From the NCBI RefSeq assembly GCF_006345805.1, contig NC_043009.1, positions 37,572,001-37,636,000 on the forward strand: DNA of 64,000 nt. Direction: 5' to 3'. Shown here piece after piece: positions 11,814 to 23,950 of the stretch. Position 1 is the first letter of the stretch. Each line of letters starts with the position of its first letter. The DNA is from Octopus sinensis. Its lineage: Eukaryota. The position numbers were made by a program, and so were the translations under genes. Below the pieces are notes generated by a model, which was not told where the DNA came from, ran no database searches, and worked only from the letters and a program-made list of their open reading frames with translations.

Positions 11814-13518
11814 CTACAATATATAAATATTTCTACAATTCAATACATACACACAACATAGCCAAACTACATGGTTGCGAGTTTGATCCTACTGCAAGTC
11901 ACTTCAGGTCAGTGTCTTCTACTCTTGGGTTGTTTAATACCTTGTGAGGGATATATATATATATTTTATGAGAACAAAACTGCATATTTCATCTTCCCTT
12001 TGTGCTACCACTTCTCCTTCTCCCTGCAACCACTTCCTTTTAACATCCATCCCTCATTCTCAAGTTCGTCTGTTCCCGCTTTATTTTCCACTAATCACCC
12101 CATTTTGTACCACCAGTCATATCTCATTTCCCTCAACTAATCTTATGCCTGCCATCCTTAACACCCTTTCATATCTGCTATCATTCTCAACATATTCTCA
12201 TATATCTACCATCAACATTCCCTCAACTTTTGTTTCCCACTTACTATATCCATCCTTACATACCTCTGACATCCATCTCTGTCACTGTACATCCTCCCTG
12301 CATATCATCTCCCTATTTGTCATCTACCTACAATTTTATTATACTGCTGCTCTTCACCTTTCTGTACTGACATTTATTACCTCCTCCTTCCTGAGCTGCT
12401 CCCATTTCTTTCACACTTCCCCTACCCTCACATACACACAAAAACACATATTTACACCATCAACCATATTACCTTCGTTCACCACACCTCCACCCTTGTT
12501 CACCATTCACCTCTGCTGCTATCCCTAACCATCAGTCCCTCCTCTCTTACACTCTTGTGAACTTAGCCACCTACCCTTACCAATCATCTATTCCTATTCT
12601 CACTTACAATCACCTTCTTGTCCCTTAAGACTATGCCTGACACCTCATCGGTACCACTTTTATCTCTCTTTCCAGCTGCTCCCACCCACATATATATTGC
12701 AGGGTAATCATGTATCTCTGCTACAGCAAGAGGAGATACATGGCCACTTGTCTCTCTAACACAAGGCCAACAATCTTGAGGGAAGCAAAATGGTTGATTA
12801 TACTAAGCCCAGTAGTTGACTGGTACATTATTTTATCAATCACTCCCTCCTCAAGAAGGATCAAAAGCACAAATGGTCCTGGTAGGATGAAGAGGTGTAA
12901 CTAAAGCATTTATCTTATTCAATACTTTACAGCCTCAAGTAATAACAATAGTATTAATCGTTGTTATAATAATAACAAGACTGGAGCCTGGTGCAGCCTT
13001 CTGGCTTCCCAGATCCCCAGTCGAACCGTCCAACCGATGCTAGCATGGAGAACGGACGTTAAACGATGATGATGATGAATCCTTTCTACAAAAGGCACAA
13101 GGCCTGAAATTTGGGGCAAGAGGATAGATGATTACATCAACCCCAGTACTCAACTGGTACTTATTTTATCAACCCTGAAAGGATGACAGGCAAAGTTGAC
13201 CTCAGCAGAATTTGAAAATAAAGACGGACAAAATACCGCGAAGAATTTCGCCCAGCATGCTAACATTTCTGCCAGCTCACTGTCTCTAATAATCCTTTCT
13301 ACTAAAAGCACAAGGCCTGAAATTTTCAGGGAGGAGACTAGTCGATTACATTGACCCCAGTGTTTCATTGCTACTTAATTTATCAACCCCAAAAGAATGA
13401 AAGGCAAAGTCGACCTTGTAATCATAAAGACAGATGAAATCCTGCTAAGCACTTTACCCAGCTTCTAACAATTCTGCTAGCATGCCGCCTTTAATAATAA
13501 TAATAACAGGTAACTTAC

Positions 13519-13798
13519 TTTGGTTGTAGATGAAGAATAGATGCTTGCCAATGAGGCTGAGGTAAGCAGCAAATTGAAACACTGTCATCAACTTTCTTGT
13601 CGAGTTTCAGCAAAAGTTCATCCGACATCACAATAGTGCAGGGGTCATTGAAAGCATAAGGCCAGATAATTTGTACATACTGTCCATCAACAAGACATGG
13701 CTGACCAATAGCCAGTTTACAAAAAGGCAAGCATGATGGGTGTAGGTAAACCAAGTCACTTTTAATGGATGAAGGAACCTTTAGATTCTTTTGATCAG
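13519..13798 (-). CDS. SPATA5: SPATA5/AFG2A coding exon 2 (N-domain)
   Basis: Pyrimidine tract ending tttatag, ORF DQKNLKVPSSIKSDLVYLHPSCLPFCKLAIGQPCLV...LHLQP, donor AA|gtaagt; phase 1 to 2. Confidence 0.85.
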
Positions 13799-13930
13799 CT
13801 ATAAAGAGAGAGAAAAAGAAGTGATAATATTATCATCATTTAACATATGTTTACACACACAGTGTCATATACCCTAAAGTAAGCATGCTATCTTAGCAGT
13901 TTTTCATGACACATTTCATATACATACATA

Positions 13931-13969
<39 letters not shown>

Positions 13970-13972
<3 letters not shown>

Positions 13973-14465
13973 AATGAGGAATGTAAAAATACATTATGCA
14001 GGATATGTCGTAAACAATTCAAAATTATTTACTGCTATAAAGCCACTACAACAACTCATATTATATCTCTTCACTAAAAAAGCTGTCAGCGAGCAACATG
14101 ACATAAAATTCAAAATTTAAATAAAAACATATGCTTAGTCCTCTATTGCAACTTCAAAGTTAGGAACCAAAAACGAATCCATTCTTCTCATCAGGAGAAC
14201 ATTCCTGTACAAAGAAATTAACACAAAAAAAATACCTTGGGGCTTAATATATGTCCCGACCGGCAAGAATACTGTGTCAACTTCTATCTACACATTCAAA
14301 TTTTGAATTCAAACGTCATGCACAGCTTTTATAAGCAGAGACTAGTAAAACAAGCCACGGTAAAAAACTGAATATGAGTGAAAAATAAATAAATAATAAA
14401 AGAGGAGTGTAAAAATACACTACACAGGATATATTGTAAACAATTCAAAATTATCTATGAATATA
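13970..14465 (-). mobile_element. Remnant of a second Penelope-like terminal-repeat family
   Basis: Abuts (TA)n; terminal ~65 bp repeated directly at 14400-14465; contains the hammerhead motif; homologous fragments at 55525-55563 and 56700-56870. Confidence 0.5.
14138..14200 (-). ncRNA. Degenerate type I hammerhead motif (GAAA to GAAG) in SPATA5 intron 1
   Basis: Minus strand GTTCTC-CTGATGA-GAAG...CTTT-GAAG-TTGCAA-TA-GAGGAC. Confidence 0.5.
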
Positions 14466-14505
14466 TCAGTGGCCAGAACATGCAATCAAAAAGGTTTTTC
14501 ATAAA

Positions 14506-14670
14506 AGAAGGAGGCAGTTATAATTTTCAATAATTCTTTATTAGTGCTTTTGTTCATTTAACCAAACTCTGCAAGACAATGAAAATGTTGGTTTTATTAT
14601 CTTCAAGAGTTCGGTTAAAATAACGAAAATGCTAATAAAGAATTATCTAAAATTTTGACTGTCTCCTTCT
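14506..14670. repeat. 165-bp degenerate palindrome (MITE-like)
   Basis: AGAAGGAGGCAGTTATAATTTT...AACTCT versus AGAGTT...AAAATTTTGACTGTCTCCTTCT. Confidence 0.65.
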
Positions 14671-16087
14671 TCTTAAGATACAATATCTTGGTTCGCCAGT
14701 CCTCAGTCAAATCGTCCAACCCATGCTAGCATGGAAAGCGGACGTTAAACGATGATGATAACTTCAAACATTATCTATCTCTCTATATATATATTTATAA
14801 TGTAGGTAGTTAGGATAAATCCCAGCTCTTCCCTCTTGAAGCACCTCTGCTTTTTCCATTATTACAATCCAATATGTAGTCTCAGTTGCTGCAGTGCTTT
14901 AGTGCAAAATACATGTCTAAATATTCCGTCACAAAAACTATCTATGCTACTCCTGATTACTAACTAAATACAAATGCTTTATACAAATGTAAAATTCGGA
15001 TTATTTAATTTCTCAGCTAGAAATAGCAACCCAAATGCTTTCAGGAGTTAGATGAAGTTAATTGAAGCAGATGTTCTATGGCCAGATGCCTCTTCTTGTT
15101 GCCAACCTCCACCTGTTTCCATGTAAGATAACCTTTCTCCATGGCCAGATATGTTCTCAGAGAATATTGGAAATGAATGACGGCTTATATGACAGTATCA
15201 ATAATTTACAGTTACCACGCAATGTCAAGACAAGGAGACATACACACATACACACACATATACATATGATGGGCTTCTTTCAGTTTTTGCTTTGGGTGGC
15301 CCGAGGCTATAGTAGAAGATACTTGCCCAAAGTGCCACACAGTGGAACTGAACCCAAAACTATGTTGTTGGGAAACAAACTTCTGAACCACACAATCACA
15401 CCTGAGATATTTAGTGCTTCTACTGCTTACAGATATAAACTGTAGCTAAACACAGTACTTAGTGAGAAGAAAGGGGATGTTATCCTCAAACTGAAGACCC
15501 AGTCCAAATGCTTACAACAGAGTGGAATCTACTAAAGGCACCCCAGTGACCAGATTACATCCAAAAGCTTCCACACAGTTTCTGTCAACAAATTTAATTC
15601 ATAAAGCTTTAGTGAACATATCATCATCACTATTTAACACCCGTTTTGCATGCTGGCATGGATGGATTGTCTGACAGGAACCGACAAGCCAGAGGACTGC
15701 TTCATACACTAGTGTTTCTATGGCATGGATTCTACAGCTGGACGCTCTTCTTAATGCCAATCACTTCAGAGTGTACTGGATGCTTTTAATACGGCACCAG
15801 CACTTGTAAAGTCACCAAATAATTCACAAGACAAGATCCCTCAACTGGGTAGGGAAGACATAGTAAAACACTCTTGCTCAAGATGCTAGGTAGAAGCAAA
15901 GTTAAATTCTTAACTACATGGCTATGTGTGGATTGAAGGGAGTTAGGTGTTTTGGCTATGGACATGATGCCTTTCAGGCAATTGTTGGATTTTTACCTTT
16001 TGACCTACAGATTTAAAAAATAATTTTTTGTAACTAAACATTTTCAAACTTCGAACACTAGTAGAATGTCATATAAAATATGTGTTA

Positions 16088-16797
16088 CACATTGAAGGGT
16101 ATTTGGATGACAATTCAAGTGCTCTAAAGTTCATAAAGAATTGGGATCTTTACCTTTTGACCTGCAGATTTAAAAAATAATTTTTTGTAACTAAACATTT
16201 TCAAACTTCGAACACTAGTAGAATGTCATATAAAATATGTGTTACTCTTAACATTTTTGAGAAAAACTTATATTAAGTAATTTCACGTCAAAGTAGTCCT
16301 ATTCCAGTAATTTCAACTAATCAATGACATGTATTCAGCTGAATAAAATTACTGCCGTTGTTTGTCAATAACAACTATCGGCGGTGTATTTTTCCTTTGT
16401 CACTGTTATTTATGACATCGTTTGTGCATTTGTACTAGTTTTAAAGTTTTAGGGTTAGGGTTGTCATGAATAACAGTGACAAACAAAATATACACAACTG
16501 GAAGTTCTTGTTGACAAACAACAGCAGTAATTTTATTCAGCTGAATACACATCATTGATTGGTTGAAATTACCGAAATAGGACTACTTTGACGTGAAATT
16601 ACTTCGTAAATATAAGTTTTTCTCAAAAATGCTAAGAGTAAAACATATTTTATATGACACATTCTACCAGTGTCCAAAGCTTGAAAGTGTTTAATTACAA
16701 AAAATTATTTTTTAAATCTGCAGGTCAAAAGGTAAAGATCCCAATTCTTTATGAACTTTAGAGCACTTGAATTGTCATCCAAATACCCTTCAATGTG
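16088..16797. mobile_element. Related foldback element (core 16143-16742) with perfectly inverted 55-bp flanks and an upstream partial duplicate (15987-16089)
   Basis: GGGATCTTTACCTTTTGACC...GGTCAAAAGGTAAAGATCCC termini; central TTAGGGTTAGGG. Confidence 0.8.
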
Positions 16798-16911
16798 ACT
16801 ATCCATATTTTATGACATGCATGTATAGGATTTAAATTCCAAATGTAAAAAAAATTTTTAAATCATCCACTACTAATAAAAAATACTTACATGAAAGTTC
16901 GCTATTCTTAC

Positions 16912-17086
16912 CAAAACTAGATACGATACCATGCAGAGTACCATGGTACAAGTAACCGGAAGTTTCTATACCTGTTACAACACCACATTGTAACGAATGC
17001 TTGCTGACATGTCGATAATTAATGATCTTCCCACATTGTGCACATTCGTTCCATTCTGAACGTGCAGCTTTTGGTTTGGCAGGCAT
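16912..17086 (-). CDS. SPATA5: SPATA5/AFG2A coding exon 1 (alternative in-frame donor would extend it to 16891)
   Basis: ATG at 17086 gives MPAKPKAARSEWNECAQCGKIINYRHVSKHSLQC...; phase-1 donors G|gtaaga (16911) and T|gtaagt (16890) both fit exon 2. Confidence 0.75.
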
Positions 17087-19682
17087 GTTTGGTAATTGTC
17101 TGATAATCAGTTTTTTCTGGAGAGACTTTGCAATAAATAAACAAGAAAATTCAATGAGGCCTAACAACAAAAACAGATACATATAAAATTTTTTTATATA
17201 TATATATATAAACAAAAATGAGTTAAGAGAAATAACTAAAAATGGCCATAGGCATGTATTTGAATTACAGAGAACTTGTATTGCACTCTACCACAAAAAT
17301 TGTTGATTTATTAAAATCATCTCCATCTCTAAAGAATATATCATAATTACCAAATAGCAATTTTGACCGATTCCACTTCAGAAGGGGAGATAACCTTAAG
17401 ATTCAAAACTTTTCCAATACAGATATGCCACTAAAGACAAAGACAGGTTTATGTGTGCATATATATATATATACATACACACACACACACATATATATAG
17501 TACATTAGTATTTTGGAATAATATATACGTTTTATATAATATACATCATCTTTTGATGTCCCTTTTCTATGCTGGCATGGATTAGATGATTTGATAGGAT
17601 CTGACAGGTTGAAGTAGTGCATCATGCTCCAATGTTTGCATGGCAAGGTTTCTATGCCCTTCTTAATGCTAACTACTGTACAGAGTGTACTGGATGCTTC
17701 TTTTTTTTTTTTTTTTGTCCATAGCACCAGCACCAATTAAATCGCAATGCAGCTTGCAAGACAAAGATCCCCTTCGACAGGAAAATGGATATATACTCTT
17801 TTACTTGTTTCAGTCATTTGACTGCAGCCATGCTGGAGCACCGCCTTTAGTCAAGCAAATCGACCCCAGGACTTATTCGTTGTAAGCCTAGTACTTATTC
17901 TATCAGTCTCTTTTGCCGAACAGCTAAGTTACGGGGACGTAAACACACCAGCATCGGTTGTCAACCGATGTTGGGGGGACAAACACAGACATACACATAT
18001 ATATACGACGGACTTCTTTCAATTTCCGTCTACCAAATACACTCACAAGGCTTTGGTCGGCCCGAGGCTATAGTAGAAGACACTTGCCCAAGGTGCCATG
18101 CAGTGGGACTGAACCCAGAACCATGTGGTTGGTAAGCAAGCTACTTACCACACAGCCACTTATATATATTAAATTTTTTTACGGAATTCCACGTTTTCGG
18201 CTATGGAGAATCTGATTCTGAACATTTTTTTTCAAAAATTACAATTTCATATTCGTTTTCTTTACAGTTAACACCCAGCGAGCTGGGGTTTTTTTCTTTG
18301 TTTTGTTTTCGTTAACGGGTGATGATCTTTATATTATGAGTTGTGAGAGACAATGTTTTATCACAAGTGCATTTGATAAAGGTACGTTCTTTCTCCACAA
18401 ACAAGTGCAGTGTAAGCACACTGTACACACACCGTTACCAGCGGTTGTGCAATGTTTGTGTGCATTATCTAACTATTCAGCTCATTCGAACATATCCAAG
18501 GCTAATTACAGAAATAAAAATATTCCGTAAATTATTGATAAAACAACTGATAACACAGGTGATTTTAATTCGATAATTATAACATATACACCGAAAGATT
18601 ACCATATATATGTCTCGTTTCTGTTTTTATTTTCGTTTCTCTTTGTTTTCCACGTTTTTTTTTATGTCCTGTACCCATATATGCATGTATATATACATAT
18701 ATATGTAGGTATGTACGACCAATGCCTTGTGAGTGGATTTGGTAGACGGAAACTGAAAGAAGCCCGTCGTATATATATATGTATGTGTGTGTCTGTGTTT
18801 GTCCCCCTAGCATTGCTTGACAACTGATGCTGGTGTGTTTACGTCCCCGTCACTTAGCGGTTCGGCAAAAGAGACCGATAGAATAAGTACTGGGCTTACA
18901 AAGAATAAGTCCCGGGGTCGATTTGCTCGACTAAAGGCGGTGCTCCAGCATGGCTGCAGTCAAATGACTGAAAAGAGTAAAGAGTATATGTATGTATGTA
19001 TATATGCATATATTTATATATTATTTATATTATTATATATATATATATGGCGTGAAATTTAAAGAAAAACAAAAGACAAAGACAGATGTATGAATAACAA
19101 GCAAGAGTATTAGTTTGCTGCTCGGAAAAAATGAATAAGTACACACACACACACTTGTGAGTGCACAGGTCCCTTGTCTGAAGACCCTATGCACCTACAG
19201 GCAAAAACCTAGCCTAGCAAGAGACTGAGTCGATCAAAACAAAAATATTATCAATCTCTACTATGGTACCGAGCACTCTTTTATTTTTTTATTTTTTGTG
19301 ACAGTCAACACAAAACCTATCATATATGTATCTATGTGTGTTTATGTTCCTCTCAGAGCTTTATAAAATATTTATCGATAAATTAAGCGCTCAGATGAAA
19401 TATGTACTGGAGTCGTGAGTCGTCATGACTATACTATTTCGTCCTGTCTTTTCAGGCAGTGTATCTAGAAAGAACCAACTTTTAACCAATCTCTCTTCGC
19501 ATTCTTTTTTTTTTTTTTCTCAAGAATGCTAAGGTGTGATTTGATAGAGATTTAGTTGTTATTAATAGCATGTAGAGTGATCGCGGGAATGTCTGCAATA
19601 CAGTTTTGAGTATTCACCAAAGACTTACTTTTTTTCGTAATTAGAAATCGGAAAAAAACCGAAGAGATTATGTCAAACATAC

Positions 19683-19790
19683 CAATTGTTTTTTTATAAC
19701 ACTCGAATCTTCTCGGAACATGTGGACGGCGCCATTTCGTTTACATTTTTTGAAATCTCGTGCTCGTTCTCATTTCTTGCGAGAACATGT
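19683..19790 (-). promoter_or_regulatory. Putative SPATA5 promoter and non-coding first exon
   Basis: Local CpG enrichment; YY1-like AAATGGCGCC (19728-19737); TCTTGCGAGA (19775-19784, one mismatch to TCTCGCGAGA); donor-like G|gtatgt at 19682 and gtaagt at 19628; acceptor-like tract just upstream of the ATG exon. Confidence 0.4.
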
Positions 19791-21713
19791 TCTTTTCATT
19801 GATTGAGAGGTTTTAGTTCAAAGCCTACAATATCGTTAATGGTACGGTCTTTTCTGCTGGAATAGCACACTCCAAGCAAAACTATCCAATGTGACTCCTT
19901 TTTTAGACACTAGGATATGCTTTGAGGGAGATTTTGCTGCTATTTCTAATATTTCGAGTGAGAATATACAACAGATATGGGCAATCTTTTTCGAAAAAAC
20001 CAGCTGCTTTACTAAAATGTTTGAAGGTAATTTTGCGTTAGGTGTGCCATTCAGAAGGTTAGCGGGCCGCAGATTACCCTTAACTCAAGTAGAAGCTTCT
20101 TCCTTGACTCATTAACCCTTTGTTGAAGTGTAGTCCCAAGTCAATTTTCATTCTGCTAACAGGATCTAAAGCATTCCAGCGATTTCTTTATAAAGATAGC
20201 ATACCTTTTTATCAAGGTAGTAGGGTATAGTTTAAGGGCCAGTCGCTTCTTCATTTCCAGGTCCCCTATGAAAGTGATTTGCTGTTAAACGTTCTCTTCT
20301 ATAAACATATGATACATTTTATACACTTGTGTAGTTAATGGTCACGTTAATTAGGCATGTAATTAATGTATATGATGGATCCAATTTCAATGATGACGTC
20401 ACACTGGATGTTATGTAATAATCTAGCAGATACTCGACTTCCACTAGTTTACTTTCGCTCTGAAAACACCTGCTTATGATTAAAGAGTGCTTTCATATTC
20501 AAGAAGTCATAAAAACGAAGACTACATTGAGGGAGATTTGTCTGCTGTTTCAAGCAGGTCGTGTAAGCATAGGGGCTCCTTCAGTGAGCCTGCTCTCCCA
20601 TTCATTCCTATAATATATTTTCATTGATTTTCTCTGAAATAATTTTTTAGTAGATACATGTAATGTTTATTTTTTTGAAAAACGAAATTATTTTATAAAG
20701 ACTTTCTGTGATCTTTTCATTTAATGTATTTCTATTTTATTTTAAAATGAGCATTTGTTTTTTTGGGGTTTTTTTTCGGTTTTCATGATGGAGGGAACAT
20801 TTCGAGGCTTCTTCGTTTCCAGTGTTTGGTGGAAGTGTTTGCATTGTCAGTAGTTTTTTTTCATAGGCGGCATGAGATGGTTTTATGAATTTTTCTTTTA
20901 ATACAAATACACGGACCTAATACCATAATCAAGATATTCTACTTATATATCTCGACAGTAGTTCTTCAAGTTGACACTCACGTGCTATTACATGATTACC
21001 GTAAATAAATGACATCGATAACTTGCACAAAAGATAGCTTTCTTCGGAATGAGACAATTGGGCGCTGATGATTTGGCACGGCTGACCGGACATTCGGTTT
21101 GTTTTGGCGACAGTACTTTTTGGCGTTAGAAGCAAAAACGTGCGCAGAAATATACACATACAAAGAGGGAGAAAGGTTTACAGTGTATTAATTGAAGATA
21201 ATTAACACAAACACCTAGAGAAATAGGCTTACAGAGAGAAAGATATGCAGACGAAGGGGGAGCACGAGAGAAACATTAAAATGCCTGATGTCAAATAAGT
21301 GAGTGTCGAATCACATACGTGAAAAAGATTGTAGCAAAACGTCTCATACCTAGTTTTCTTTGAGGAAATGTTTCTCTTTGCAATAAACAGTTTCTTTGTA
21401 CAACTCTATACAATGCAGGCTACAAGTGAGTTTTGTATCTTTACTACAACCAGGCCAAAATGAAGAAGTTATAATTTTACAGAAAAGTAAATTTATTTTG
21501 TAATTTATCTTTTGTGTTTGCAGTTATTAGAGAAAGCGGCAAATTTTATTGTTCAAGGCTTACTTAAAGTTAAAATTGATACATGGAACGTTCTTTTTTG
21601 AGGTCAAAGGAATTTCGAACCCAATCGTACTCTTCTGTGTTCAATGACGGAAAATAAATGTTTATTTTTCATTCCAGATTTGTCAAATGTTCATATACAA
21701 TAGGAGTCATTTC

Positions 21714-22499
21714 GGATCTTTTCCTTTTGAACGGCAGTTTTCAACATAATTTCTAGTTAACTAAACACTTTTAAACTTCGTATACTGGTAGAATGTGTTT
21801 ATAAAACATCATTTTTTCTTGACTTTATTGAGAAAAATCTATATGTTGTAACATATTTCCACTTTAAAATCGAGCGTTTCGGCAATTTTAACCAATCAAA
21901 TACGTCCATTTGGGGTGAAAATATACCGTGCTGTATGAATATGCCCCTCGTTTAAGAAACAGTTGGGTTTATTTACATTTGCGAAGAAAAAAGATACCCT
22001 TCCCCCACCCCTAACCCTAACTAAACCTAACCCTAAAATAGATTGAAATGCAATAGCTCGATACTAGGGTTATAATTATGGGTGACATTTTCATTTAACA
22101 CCGCTAGAAAAAAATCCCATTTTCCGTAGCGGTGTCGTATGAAATTGTCACCCATAATTATAACCCTTGTATCGATCTAGTGTATTTCAATCTATTTTAG
22201 GGTTAAGGGTAGGGGGATCTTTTTTCTTCGCAAATGTAAATAAACCCAATCTGTTTCTTAAACGTGGGGCATATTCATATAGCACGGTATGTTTTCACTC
22301 CAAATGGACGTATTTGATTGGTTAAAATTGCCGAAATGCTCGATTTTAAAGTGGAAATATGTTACAAACTATAGAATCTTCTCAATAAAACCAAGAAAAA
22401 ATGATATTTTATAAACACATTCTACCAGTATACGAAGTTTAAAAGTGTTTAGTTAACTAGAAATTGTGTTGACATATGCCGTTCAAAAGGAAAAGATCC
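21714..22499. mobile_element. 786-bp foldback element with GGATCTTTTCCTTTTGAACGGCA termini and internal CCCTAA/TTAGGG runs
   Basis: Arms are complementary almost to the centre; a related left arm lies at 23113-23290. Confidence 0.8.
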
Positions 22500-22576
22500 A
22501 TCATTTCTTTCATGCAGCTTTTACGTATTAAGGGAAACATTTCGAAGTTCACCACCTTCAGCTCTATTTTTCCAAA

Positions 22577-22900
22577 TTACAACTTTCTTTTTAAATGACA
22601 CCAGTTTAACTGTCGAAGTGAGAATGTTTTCATACTTGTTTTGATGTTATTAAGTTGTGCAAATATCTCTGTTAAATATTCCAGCTTGGAAACCCAAAAT
22701 TCACATTGTAGATATTCCAAGAAGCATTCATGTTTTTCTTCTTTAAAAAATGCATGCAATTCCTTCTGGACTTCGTGTATGCGACGTAGCACCTTACCTT
22801 TTGAGAGCCATCTGACTTTTGTGTGTAAGAGTAAGTGCTTGTGCTGGGAATCCATATCAACACAAATTTGTTCAAATAAGCGACATGTAGCATTAGTTAA
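22577..22900 (-). mobile_element. hAT (Charlie/Buster-like) transposase fragment
   Basis: QHKHLLLHTKVRWLSKGKVLRRI...WVSKLEYLTEIFAQLN. Confidence 0.85.
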
Positions 22901-23950
22901 AACATATATTTACTAGCATTAGTTAAAGCATACATTTTTAATCTCAAGTAGGCTCAAACGACACTGTAAGTTTACAGATCTATTCGGTCTGTGATTGGCC
23001 GTATAAACCTCTGCCTCGTCCGATTGTCACTTATATTATGTGGCTGCGGCCATTTTTAATTGGATTTCTTTCACTTCGGTTTCTCTAAGGACTTCTGGCA
23101 TGTAGTTTGGTTGGATCTTTTCACTTTGACCGGCAGATTTCTAAAACAATTTCTTTGTAACTAAACACTTTTAAACTTCGTATACTGGTAGTGTGTTACA
23201 TAAAACATCTTATCCTCTTGGCTTTCTTGAGAAAATTCTATAGTTTGTATGCTATTTCTTGCATTTCGGCAATTTCAACCAATCAATGACGTCTATATTG
23301 GAATCAATGAGTACGTATAACATTAGGATTTTGTTCTTGTACGAAAGATATAAATCCTTTAATAGAGCCTATTACAGATGGTACCCCATCGGTACATATT
23401 CCAACACACGAATTCCAGGATTAATTTCATTTTTCGAGGTAGGCAGATAAAATGTCAAAAATATCTTAACCTCTTGTAGTGAGTGGCATTTCTTCGCAAC
23501 AAAACAACTGATTTATGATTTTGGTTACCATCAATAAAGCGAGTAAGTGTACTTTGTTGCTAATGTCAGTTGATTCATCAACCTGCAGAGCAAATTCTGA
23601 GTCTTCACTCACGGAAATTTCCAGACATGCTACAGAACTATCACGTGAACAACAGCCGTTGTTTGGACAAGATCTCAGTTACACACCTGATCAAAACGTG
23701 ATTGAATTGTGATTCGAAATTCGTATGTGACAAATGCTACAATCTCTTTGTACAACGCAGCTCTTGTAATTTTTGTTACGTTTACGATTAAGTTCATTAT
23801 CGGTGTAAGGACCGTGCGATGCGAGGTGATGAGAATGGCTCTTTAGTACATCACACGGCCGATACAATAAATATATATTGAACCGTACATATAAGTACCA
23901 GAGAGAAAAAGGAGACACAACCGAGTAGAATGGTTAAGAGATGTTTTTGA

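Noticed and set aside
10209-17086. Assignment to SPATA5L1, NVL or VCP
   Set aside because: The linker and D1 motifs ([41 protein letters not shown]) fit SPATA5/AFG2 best; judged from recall, not from a database search.
18319-18550. Box C motif GTGATGA as a C/D snoRNA
   Set aside because: No box D at a suitable distance and no terminal stem.
19172-19225. CTGAAGA with CTTG/CAAG flanks as a hammerhead
   Set aside because: GAAA is absent and stem III needs several corrections; too degenerate to support.
22005-22215. Interstitial telomere or chromosome fusion site
   Set aside because: Only 2-4 degenerate units, embedded symmetrically in a repeated foldback element.
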